DNA of 64,000 nucleotides from Myxococcota bacterium (lineage in GTDB: Bacteria > Myxococcota_A > SURF-8 > G963663525). Positions 28,014 through 36,053 of the stretch are shown in pieces (positions within the stretch are counted from its first letter, which is position 1; each line of letters starts with the position of its first letter). The position numbers and the translations under genes were made by a program. The notes beneath the pieces are model-generated. The model did not search any database. It saw nothing but the letters and a program-made list of their open reading frames with translations, and had not been told where the DNA came from. The stretch covers positions 1 through 64,000 of the forward strand of contig CAXXVK010000049.1 in assembly GCA_963676915.2 (NCBI GenBank), read 5' to 3'.

Positions 28014-28670
28014 TTATCGATAGTCCATTTGGAGATCGGAAAGTCTCAATACCTTTTGCAGCTCTGCGACTAGCGAACGAATATCGGCGAAATTCGCCAA
28101 ACCATCCAACTGGCCAACGAAATCCCGATGCGAACGTCCCCGTCGATAGTCCGGTTCGCGGGGTGGATGACGCAAAATGCGCTCCATGGCCTCCACATCG
28201 GGATGGTGCAAGAGCGTAGTGGAATAATACAATAGGTTACGCCTCAGGTACAGAGCCGAACCGCCGATTTTGCGATTTCCAAGCACGAGATCCGAAATTC
28301 CCGCGATTTCGCAGGGAATCTCCAGTATGTGCAGTCCTTGGCACATCCAACGCGAAATCCTTGCAAATCGTTCGTGGACATTGCCTGGTTCTCGTATCGG
28401 AAATGCCAGTGAAACGATGATGTTCCCCGGATCGAGCCACACGGAACAGCCTCCACCTCTTCGGCGAAAAATCGGAATGTTTTCCGAGCGGCAGTAGTCT
28501 AAATGCAATTCCATTTCGGGGCGGCTCGAACGTCCAAGGACGACAGCCGATTCATCGCAGATCCGCACCGAAACTTCACCTTGGCAGGAGGCTTCGACGT
28601 TCGCAAGCAGGTCTTCGTCTCGCTCGTATAAAGGAAAACCTTGCAGCATTTTGGGGGGATGGTTCTTCAT
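28014..28670 (-). CDS. Lipoate-protein ligase A family protein (catalytic domain only)
   Basis: VVLGRSS, RRRGGGCSVWLDPG, SDL..GNRKIGGSA and HPPREPDYR.GRSH.DFV. Confidence 0.88.
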   Translation of the reverse strand: MKNHPPKMLQGFPLYERDEDLLANVEASCQGEVSVRICDESAVVLGRSSRPEMELHLDYCRSENIPIFRRRGGGCSVWLDPGNIIVSLAFPIREPGNVHERFARISRWMCQGLHILEIPCEIAGISDLVLGNRKIGGSALYLRRNLLYYSTTLLHHPDVEAMERILRHPPREPDYRRGRSHRDFVGQLDGLANFADIRSLVAELQKVLRLSDLQMDYR

Positions 28671-29002
28671 TCCATACTGATTTTATGTAAAAGTTTAAAA
28701 CGATATTTTGTTACTTCTTTAAAGTAATGAACACATCGTTATTTTGTCAAGAATCCGAAGAAATGAAAATTTCGTTACAAGGTCATGATTTTCCGGGGAA
28801 ACTCTTGACACTTCGTTGCTTCTCGACGTACGTATAAAAGGATTGAATTTCTTGGCTACCCGTGACGGCCTTCTGTCGTCCGAAGTCCCAGAGATTTCCT
28901 CGGGGTTCCTCACTCCGGGTACGGGTTTAAGGAACATCTACAGGATGAACCGCATTTCGAAACCTCGTAGACCTGTGTCAGGTTGGAAAGGAAGGATTAG
29001 GC

Positions 29003-30310
29003 ATGGCAAAGAAAGTCTTGATTATGGGAGCCGCCGGGCGTGATTTCCATAACTTCAACACCGTTTATCGCGACAACGACGAGTATGAAGTCGTGGCATT
29101 TACCGCCACCCAGATTCCCAATATCGACGATCGCCGCTATCCGCCGGAATTGGCTGGAAAACTGTATCCCAACGGAATTCCGATTCTTCCCGAAGAGGAA
29201 CTCGTTGAATTGATCAAAAAGCATGAGATCGACATCGTAGTGTTCTCTTATTCCGATGTCAGCCACGAAAAAGTCATGCATCACGCCAGCACCGTGATTG
29301 CCGCCGGTGCGGATTACATGCTGTTGGGAGCAAAAGACACGATGGTTGCTTCCACCAAGCCGCTGGTATCGATCTGCGCGGTTCGTACCGGTTGCGGAAA
29401 AAGCCAGACGACTCGTTACGTAGCGGAAATCCTTGAGAAAAAAGGCCGCAAAGTTTCGGCTATTCGCCATCCGATGCCGTACGGTGATCTGGCGGCACAG
29501 GCGGTTCAGCGATTCGCCGAGAAGGCCGATCTCGAACGCCATGAATGCACCATCGAAGAGATGGAAGAATACGAGCCGCACATCGAAAGCGGTCGCGTCG
29601 TGTACGCCGGAGTCGATTACGAAGCGATTCTGCGTCAAGCCGAGCAAGAGTCGGACGTCGTATTGTGGGATGGTGGAAACAACGACCTGTCGTTTTACAA
29701 ATCCGATTTCCACATTGTCGTCGCCGACCCGCATCGTGTCGGGCATGAGTTGACCTATCATCCCGGCGAAGCCAACCTTCGCATGGCGGATGCCGTGGTC
29801 ATCAACAAGGCCGATACGGCGAAGGCCGAGGACGTCGAGCAACTCAAAGCCAACATTCGTTCGGTCAATCCCGATTGCCGGATTCTCGTGTGTAATTCGC
29901 CGGTTACGGTGGATAAGCCTGAACTGCTCAAAGGCAAACGGGCGCTCGTTGTTGAGGATGGTCCGACCCTGACTCACGGCGAAATGACCTTTGGTGCAGG
30001 CATTGTTGCGGCGAAAAAAGAAGGCGTTGGCGAGTTGGTCGACCCGCGTCCCTTCACCGTTGGCGAAATCAGCGAAACGTTCGAGAAATACCCGGATATC
30101 GGCGTGTTGCTTCCCGCGATGGGGTACGGTGAGCAGCAGGTCAAGGATCTGGAAGAGACGATCAACAAGACCGATTGCGACGTGGTGGTCAGCGCTACGC
30201 CGATCGATCTCAGCCGTATCGTGAACATCAACAAGCCGCTCGTTCGCGTACGCTATGCTTTGGAAGAGCAGAATCCGGGTGAATTGGCCAAATTGCTCGA
30301 AAAATTCTAA
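29003..30310 (+). CDS. arcE: Arginine synthetase-like P-loop NTPase (often annotated as cyclic 2,3-diphosphoglycerate synthase/GTPase family)
   Basis: GAAGRDFHNFN, AFTATQIP, AVRTGCGKSQT, IRHPMPYGDL, CTIEEMEEYEP, WDGGNND, VEDGPTLTHG and LPAMGY. Recognised from memory as close to Thermococcus ArcE. Confidence 0.75.
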   Translation: MAKKVLIMGAAGRDFHNFNTVYRDNDEYEVVAFTATQIPNIDDRRYPPELAGKLYPNGIPILPEEELVELIKKHEIDIVVFSYSDVSHEKVMHHASTVIAAGADYMLLGAKDTMVASTKPLVSICAVRTGCGKSQTTRYVAEILEKKGRKVSAIRHPMPYGDLAAQAVQRFAEKADLERHECTIEEMEEYEPHIESGRVVYAGVDYEAILRQAEQESDVVLWDGGNNDLSFYKSDFHIVVADPHRVGHELTYHPGEANLRMADAVVINKADTAKAEDVEQLKANIRSVNPDCRILVCNSPVTVDKPELLKGKRALVVEDGPTLTHGEMTFGAGIVAAKKEGVGELVDPRPFTVGEISETFEKYPDIGVLLPAMGYGEQQVKDLEETINKTDCDVVVSATPIDLSRIVNINKPLVRVRYALEEQNPGELAKLLEKF

Positions 30311-30331
30311 AGACTGCATTTCGAAAATAAC

Positions 30332-30358
30332 AAAAGCCGGGAGTTTTTCCCGGCTTTT
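30332..30358. terminator. Bidirectional intrinsic terminator
   Basis: AAAAGCCGGGA-GTTTT-TCCCGGCTTTT between convergent genes. Confidence 0.85.
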
Positions 30359-30386
30359 GTCGTTTCAGATCTTTTTTAACGAAGCG

Positions 30387-31622
30387 TTACCAGATTTTAA
30401 AAGGAACCTGGATTCCGGTTGTAACGACATCTGCCGCACGGGTATTTTTTCCGGGGATCAGAGACAGGAAGCGCACGTTGCAATACAGTTGGAACGGAGC
30501 GCCAAGACGCATGAAACTTAACAGCGCGGTTCCCGAAATAAAGTTCTTGTAGCCCGGTCGCCAGTATTTTTCCTTGTCCCAGTCCCATTGCTCGAAATTC
30601 GAACGCCAATCGGTCTGTTGCAGATACATGAACGTGTAATTGAATGAGATCGTGATCATCGGCGGAAGATTTTTAGCTTTTTCCGCATCGCCGTCCACAA
30701 GCCAGGTTCCCCATGCCGGACCTTTGTAAGGCACGATATCGGCTTGTACGCCGAAGCCGGAGAAATCGCCCGGTTTGATGGTATAGGTGTCGCCAACGAA
30801 GGGTTTCTGTGTTTGCAATAACGGATGCTTGGTGCCTTCGGCAGCGTCGCGTTCGCGAGGGAAGAAGACTTCGTAAAAGACGTCCAAACCAAGGGTAAGG
30901 CGATTGTCGAGTTCTTCCTTGAATTTCTTATCGAAACTGAGATGGAAAGCCAGATCGCCCATGGTGTGGAGATCGTACATGGAGGTTCCGACCGAAACGA
31001 CTTCTTCCGGGTCCGCTGGGGAACCGGTGGGAATCACGCCACTGATGGACAAGGCGCTGTGGAGGTCGAGTTCCTGCATTTTATCGACGCGGTGGCTCCA
31101 ACGCCAACGCAGTCCCAATACCATATCGGAGAGTTTTCCTTTGTTGCCACTCCATTTTTCAGGCTTGCTCTGGCCCATGCTTCCGGCCCAGGCCCAGAAA
31201 TCGTCTTCGCTATACGGACGGCCGATCTGTCGTTGGTAGTCGCCGGTTTCCCAGCTCAGGCCGGGATCGACTTCGCTATTGAGTACGACGGGAATTCCCA
31301 GACCGACCGAAAGATCGTCGAGGATACCGTACTGCAACTTATTGATAAGAATCATGTATTTGGCTTTGGGGCGAACGTGGATGACGCCTTGCTTGCCTCC
31401 GCCTGGCTCGTAACGGTCGATGGCTTCGAGGATCGGTGCCTCGCTGCCGCTGTTGTCCCAAATGCTATCTACATAGGAGTAAACGAAAGCCTCGTCCAAC
31501 ATGAACAACCCTTGCGGCAGGGTTTCGGTGAATCCTGCCCAGGCCATGGATGCAAAACCGAAAGAGACTGTGGAAAAAGCAAGGGAGATCAAAAGGTTAC
31601 GGAAGGTAGTGCGTCGCTTCAT
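30387..31622 (-). CDS. Putative outer-membrane beta-barrel protein of unknown function
   Basis: Signal peptide ending AWA, amphipathic strands (LQYGILDDLSVGLGIP, LSDMVLGLRWRW, VIPTG) and terminal aromatic GIQVPFKIW. Confidence 0.6.
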   Translation of the reverse strand: MKRRTTFRNLLISLAFSTVSFGFASMAWAGFTETLPQGLFMLDEAFVYSYVDSIWDNSGSEAPILEAIDRYEPGGGKQGVIHVRPKAKYMILINKLQYGILDDLSVGLGIPVVLNSEVDPGLSWETGDYQRQIGRPYSEDDFWAWAGSMGQSKPEKWSGNKGKLSDMVLGLRWRWSHRVDKMQELDLHSALSISGVIPTGSPADPEEVVSVGTSMYDLHTMGDLAFHLSFDKKFKEELDNRLTLGLDVFYEVFFPRERDAAEGTKHPLLQTQKPFVGDTYTIKPGDFSGFGVQADIVPYKGPAWGTWLVDGDAEKAKNLPPMITISFNYTFMYLQQTDWRSNFEQWDWDKEKYWRPGYKNFISGTALLSFMRLGAPFQLYCNVRFLSLIPGKNTRAADVVTTGIQVPFKIW

Positions 31623-33877
31623 TTCGCACCTCCTTCCTCAAGGAAGGCTTTTAGGTCGAAGGCCGTAAACGGTCCATCCGAGGCGGGAACCACTCCAAGC
31701 GACCAGTGAACCACCCGCTTTTTCGGCTCGAATACGGCGGCGCTCATCGAGTCCCGCTTGTCTACAAGATCCGGAACCTGAAGAATTTCAATCGCTTTGG
31801 GAACATCGATAGCCCCGTAGTTTTCTTCGATCTTTTCACCCAATACGTAAAACGTTCTCAAGGATCGGAGGAAATAGCCGGTCCAATTCATTTGTTTCGG
31901 AGGTTCGAAAGTACTCATGATCGGTTGGGCAGGGATGTCCTGGACATTCTTCTGATAATGGCTGGAGATGCGCAGGTCGTCTTCGTGAACGCTGGCCCAT
32001 GCTGGACCGTCTTCCGGGTTACCCTCTGTCGGTGTGTAGTACATGAAACCGTCACGATCCCCGAAGTCCGGGTGTTCCTCGGTATCGAGCACCGCCGAAT
32101 CGACTTCGATGGCCATCATTCCGCCTTCCGCGTCGGCGAGCAGGAAGTTCCAGCCGTAGCTATGCTTGAGACTATGGATGTATTCAGCAGCTTCCTGGAC
32201 CGTAGAATAATGGGTCAGCACGTCACGCCCGACCATTCCGGCGGGGATGCCTTCGGCCAGCATTTTCACGCCTTGCATGGCCGAGGAAAGACCTACAAGG
32301 TCGGGATTGTCCAGCAAATCTGCAATATTCTCGTAGATCTTGGTCAAAGCTGCGCCAACCAGCGGATTGTCGAGAGAATCCGAATTGGTGAATCCGAAAC
32401 TAAGTCCTTCGGAATTCATCCCGGAAAATCCCCAAATGAGTCCCGCGAAACCGAGCACAACGTGCGGATAGCCATCATCGGGCTTGTGGACGAATAAAAT
32501 CGAATGCTTGTGCACCATGTCCGAGTCCAGCAAGGCGTAATGGTGCGCCATCAGCGGATTTCCGTCTGCCGTGGCCGTATTGCGCAGCGCGAAGCCCAAC
32601 GAGGTAGGCTGGCTGTTGGGATCGACTGCCCCCCGGTTTTCTATCTCGCTGGGTACTTGGCCATAACCTTCTTTTTCGTAAAAACCTTTTGTTGTGAATA
32701 CGACGCGTTCGTCGCGCATATAACGATTATGGAAAGGCTCCGGGCTGTAGACCGGCGATTGGTCACCGGCTTGGATCAGCAACGAGACTTCGCTGGCTTC
32801 CGGCCAACCTCCCGGCGGAATAAACGTAACTTCTATCGGGTAGTTGCAGACTTTTCGATAAGGATGATCCTCGGGCAGTCCATCGCCGGTAGCTTCGGAG
32901 CCTTCCACTTGCTCCCATTGGATCGCATCATCGGTGGCCACATACAATGTGTCGTTCATCTGGATGCGGATGGAATCCGGGTTTACACAGCCGGGGTCCA
33001 TCGACTCGGCGCAATAGATATCGAGACATTCGATGCCGATACGAGGTTCCAGGCAGGAATTGAGGGCTTCTTCCGTAAAATGCTCTCTACTGACGAATTC
33101 CAGATTCTGATATTCCGGTAAAAGGCAATTGGTTTCTACGCAGCTTCTATCAATCGTGAATTCGGTTCTGGGTTTGAGATTTCGGGGGTCCATACAGGCG
33201 AAACCCGGCAGGTACAAGTCTTCGAGCACGATTTTGATCGGGGCGTCCGAAGGAATCTCGACGAGCGTGGCATAAAACGACGTTTCATATGGATCGATCG
33301 GTCCCTCGTCAGAGTCGTCTACGAAGCCGCTACCGTCGTTGTCAAAACCGTCTTGCGTCAGGTCGGCATCGAACCAAAGTTTTTGGATTTGGGGATCTTG
33401 AATGCCCTGAATGAACGAGACGATTCCGCGAAAACCCATCATTGTGTCGAAAAACGTATTCAGTACTAGAATGTCATCGAGTTCCATATCTGCGCCATCG
33501 GCGATGCCTTGCATTTCATCCTTTTGGGCATCGCTTAAATAATGGTCATACAGGTATCGACCGCTCTCTTTGACCATGACGTAGGAAAACTTGCCGTCCC
33601 GATATTCCTGTTCGTTGTAAACGGGAAGAACCGGAGCGATGCTGCCTTGTTCACGGTTGAGGTAGGGTAAAATGGAAGTGGTCAGCATTCGGGTGTAAAG
33701 GGAGCGAACGTGAGATTTGAACTGAGAGCCGTGTTGGTAGCCTCTTTCGTAGGGAGTGCCTTCCAATACGGCGAATTGCGTATAGGAAGGTTCGGTTGCT
33801 TTTTCGCAGGAGATTGACAGGAAACCCATAAGCATTAGAGAGATACAAAGAACAACCAACCACGATGATTTCTTCAT
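31619..33877 (-). CDS. C45/acid-ceramidase-like Ntn-hydrolase lipoprotein with a large insertion
   Basis: Lipobox FLSIS-C; LEGTPYERGYQHG, EMQGIADGA, ATADGNPLMA, GFAGLIWGFSGMNSEGL and YGWNFLLADA. Confidence 0.8.
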   Translation of the reverse strand: MKKSSWLVVLCISLMLMGFLSISCEKATEPSYTQFAVLEGTPYERGYQHGSQFKSHVRSLYTRMLTTSILPYLNREQGSIAPVLPVYNEQEYRDGKFSYVMVKESGRYLYDHYLSDAQKDEMQGIADGADMELDDILVLNTFFDTMMGFRGIVSFIQGIQDPQIQKLWFDADLTQDGFDNDGSGFVDDSDEGPIDPYETSFYATLVEIPSDAPIKIVLEDLYLPGFACMDPRNLKPRTEFTIDRSCVETNCLLPEYQNLEFVSREHFTEEALNSCLEPRIGIECLDIYCAESMDPGCVNPDSIRIQMNDTLYVATDDAIQWEQVEGSEATGDGLPEDHPYRKVCNYPIEVTFIPPGGWPEASEVSLLIQAGDQSPVYSPEPFHNRYMRDERVVFTTKGFYEKEGYGQVPSEIENRGAVDPNSQPTSLGFALRNTATADGNPLMAHHYALLDSDMVHKHSILFVHKPDDGYPHVVLGFAGLIWGFSGMNSEGLSFGFTNSDSLDNPLVGAALTKIYENIADLLDNPDLVGLSSAMQGVKMLAEGIPAGMVGRDVLTHYSTVQEAAEYIHSLKHSYGWNFLLADAEGGMMAIEVDSAVLDTEEHPDFGDRDGFMYYTPTEGNPEDGPAWASVHEDDLRISSHYQKNVQDIPAQPIMSTFEPPKQMNWTGYFLRSLRTFYVLGEKIEENYGAIDVPKAIEILQVPDLVDKRDSMSAAVFEPKKRVVHWSLGVVPASDGPFTAFDLKAFLEEGGAK

Positions 33878-34341
33878 GATGACTCCAGCTCGATAGTCGA
33901 ACACCAAAAGGTCAACAAAGATATGCCCATACGATATCTCCCCCCCAAACTGGCCGTTGGCCAACGCGAGATGATATTTACAATGACATTATTTTTACAA
34001 CTGCGTGTAAAGGGATAGTCAGCGCTTTGAAACCTAGCTTAACTCTGAGATGCTGTCAAATTCCTGCGAGAAAAAAATGTCTTTTCTGATATTTTAATCA
34101 ATATGACAAAATGCTTATATGTTTCTGCGTGTATTAAATAGTATTTCTCCTGTAAATATCATGGAAAAATCATAGCTTTTCAGTATTTTACCAGAATTGA
34201 ATTGTTGACTCATGACGGAAAAGGCTTGCTCCACCGTTCAGCTCCGTCTATAAAGGGTGCAAACGACTGGCTCGGAATACGTAGGAATTCGTATCACATC
34301 CACATATCATTTAAGAAACTACCGCAAAGGAGGACGTGCAA

Positions 34342-36033
34342 ATGGAAACGATCATGGCTGCGAAACTGGCTGCCGATGCTCTCATCGAAAAAGATGTAAA
34401 AGTCATTTTTACTTTGAGCGGTGGACATATCACCCCGATTTACCAGTTTCTTGAAGGTACCGACGTACAACTGATGGATACCCGTCACGAGCAATCCGCC
34501 GTCTTCATGGCGGAGGCATACGGACGCCTGACCCGCAAACCGGGTATTGCGCTTGTCACCGCCGGTCCCGGATTCACCAATGCTCTGACTGGTATCGCCA
34601 ATGCTCGTCAGGCCAACAGCCCCCTCTTGCTGATTTCCGGCTGTGTCGGCGTGCGCTGCAACGAAAAACTCGACCTTCAGGATATGTGCCAGGCTCCCAT
34701 TGCCGAGCCGATGGTCAAAAAAGCTCTCGTCTGTCATCGTCCCGAGCGTGTGCCGGAATTCATCGACATGGCCTACCGCATCGCGTGCACCGGTCGTCCC
34801 GGTCCTGTATATCTTGAACTGCCGGTTGACGTTCTCAACGAGCAGGTCGATGCTGCGCGAGTAAAAAGAACTCATACCGTAATGGACAGCCACCCCGTGG
34901 ATATGGCTGCTGCCGAGAAGATTCTCGACATGATCTCTCAGGCCGAAAAGCCGGTGATCGTTGCCGGAAACGGTACCTGGTATTCGGACGCTTCCGCCGA
35001 GCTGCTTGAATTCGTCGAAGGAACCGGCGTTCCCGTGATGAACTCGGGTATGGGACGTGGCACGGTGTCCGACCTGCACCCGCTGTGCTTCGAATCCGGT
35101 GTGGGAACTCGCCCCGGTGCCTCTTTGCTGGCCCAGGCCGATTCCGACCTGTTCATCTTGCTGGGAACCCGCTTGAGCCTGTTCTACATGTTCGGCGATA
35201 TGATCAGCCCCAACGCCAAATTGATCCAAGTGGATGTCCAGGGCGAGGAAATCGGTCGTAACCATTCGATCGATTTGCCGGTGGTCAGTGAAATCAAAGG
35301 CTTGTTGGCCGAAATGAATCGCCTCATCAAAGAAAAGAACCTTACGGAAACGCTGAAGGGTCGTTACGATGTCTGGATCGAAACCCTTAAGATGACCGAC
35401 ACGATGTCGAAATCCGCTTTCGAGCCGCAATGGGCCAGTGAAGAAGCTCCCATTCACGCCCTGCGCCTGGCTCGCGAAGTCAACGAATTCATGGATCGCG
35501 ACGACGATACCGTGGTTGCGGATGGCGGCGACACGCAAATCTGGATGGGCATGACCCGTACCACGCGCACTCCGGGTCATTACCTGGATTCCGGCCTGTA
35601 TGGCTGTCTCGGTGTAGGTCTGCCTTTCGCCAATGCGGCGCAGTATCTCAATCCTGGCAAGCGCGTGTTGTTGATCATCGGTGACGGCGCGGTTGGTTTC
35701 AACTTCATGGAATTCGAAACGGCGCTGCGTAAAAAACTGCCGATCGTGGTGGTGGTCGCCAATGACCTCGGTTGGGGCATGATTCGCCATAGCCAGGAAT
35801 TGCGCATGGGCCATGCTATCGAAGACGGAACCTTCATCGGCGAAGTGCCTTATCACAAAATGGCGGAAGCGCTTGGCTGCGTAGGAATGTACGTCACCAA
35901 GCCGGAAGACATCCGCCCGGCGCTCGAAGAAGCTTTCGCCAGCGGAAAACCGGCGTTGATCAACGTGATGACCGACCCGACGACCGTAAGTCCTGGTAGC
36001 CTCGCCCTCGCGAATGTTGGAGCCTATAAGTAA
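34342..36033 (+). CDS. Thiamine-pyrophosphate enzyme of the ILVBL/2-hydroxyacyl-CoA lyase-like branch of the acetolactate synthase family
   Basis: FTLSGGHITP, DTRHEQSAVFMA, TAGPGFTN, DGGD, LDSGLYGCLGVG and the TPP motif GDGAVGF...AND. AAGGAGG RBS. Confidence 0.88.
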   Translation: METIMAAKLAADALIEKDVKVIFTLSGGHITPIYQFLEGTDVQLMDTRHEQSAVFMAEAYGRLTRKPGIALVTAGPGFTNALTGIANARQANSPLLLISGCVGVRCNEKLDLQDMCQAPIAEPMVKKALVCHRPERVPEFIDMAYRIACTGRPGPVYLELPVDVLNEQVDAARVKRTHTVMDSHPVDMAAAEKILDMISQAEKPVIVAGNGTWYSDASAELLEFVEGTGVPVMNSGMGRGTVSDLHPLCFESGVGTRPGASLLAQADSDLFILLGTRLSLFYMFGDMISPNAKLIQVDVQGEEIGRNHSIDLPVVSEIKGLLAEMNRLIKEKNLTETLKGRYDVWIETLKMTDTMSKSAFEPQWASEEAPIHALRLAREVNEFMDRDDDTVVADGGDTQIWMGMTRTTRTPGHYLDSGLYGCLGVGLPFANAAQYLNPGKRVLLIIGDGAVGFNFMEFETALRKKLPIVVVVANDLGWGMIRHSQELRMGHAIEDGTFIGEVPYHKMAEALGCVGMYVTKPEDIRPALEEAFASGKPALINVMTDPTTVSPGSLALANVGAYK

Positions 36034-36053
36034 ATCGGAAGTACGTATCGAAC

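Noticed and set aside
28997-30319. 440-aa minus-strand ORF antisense to the arcE-like gene
   Set aside because: Shadow ORF in register with a strongly codon-biased gene; no motifs, RBS or plausible composition.
33965-34340. Possible TPP riboswitch upstream of the TPP enzyme (CTGAGA near 34045)
   Set aside because: The other conserved elements (ACCTG, GTAATxCxxGCGxAGG) are absent; the region looks like an AT-rich divergent promoter.
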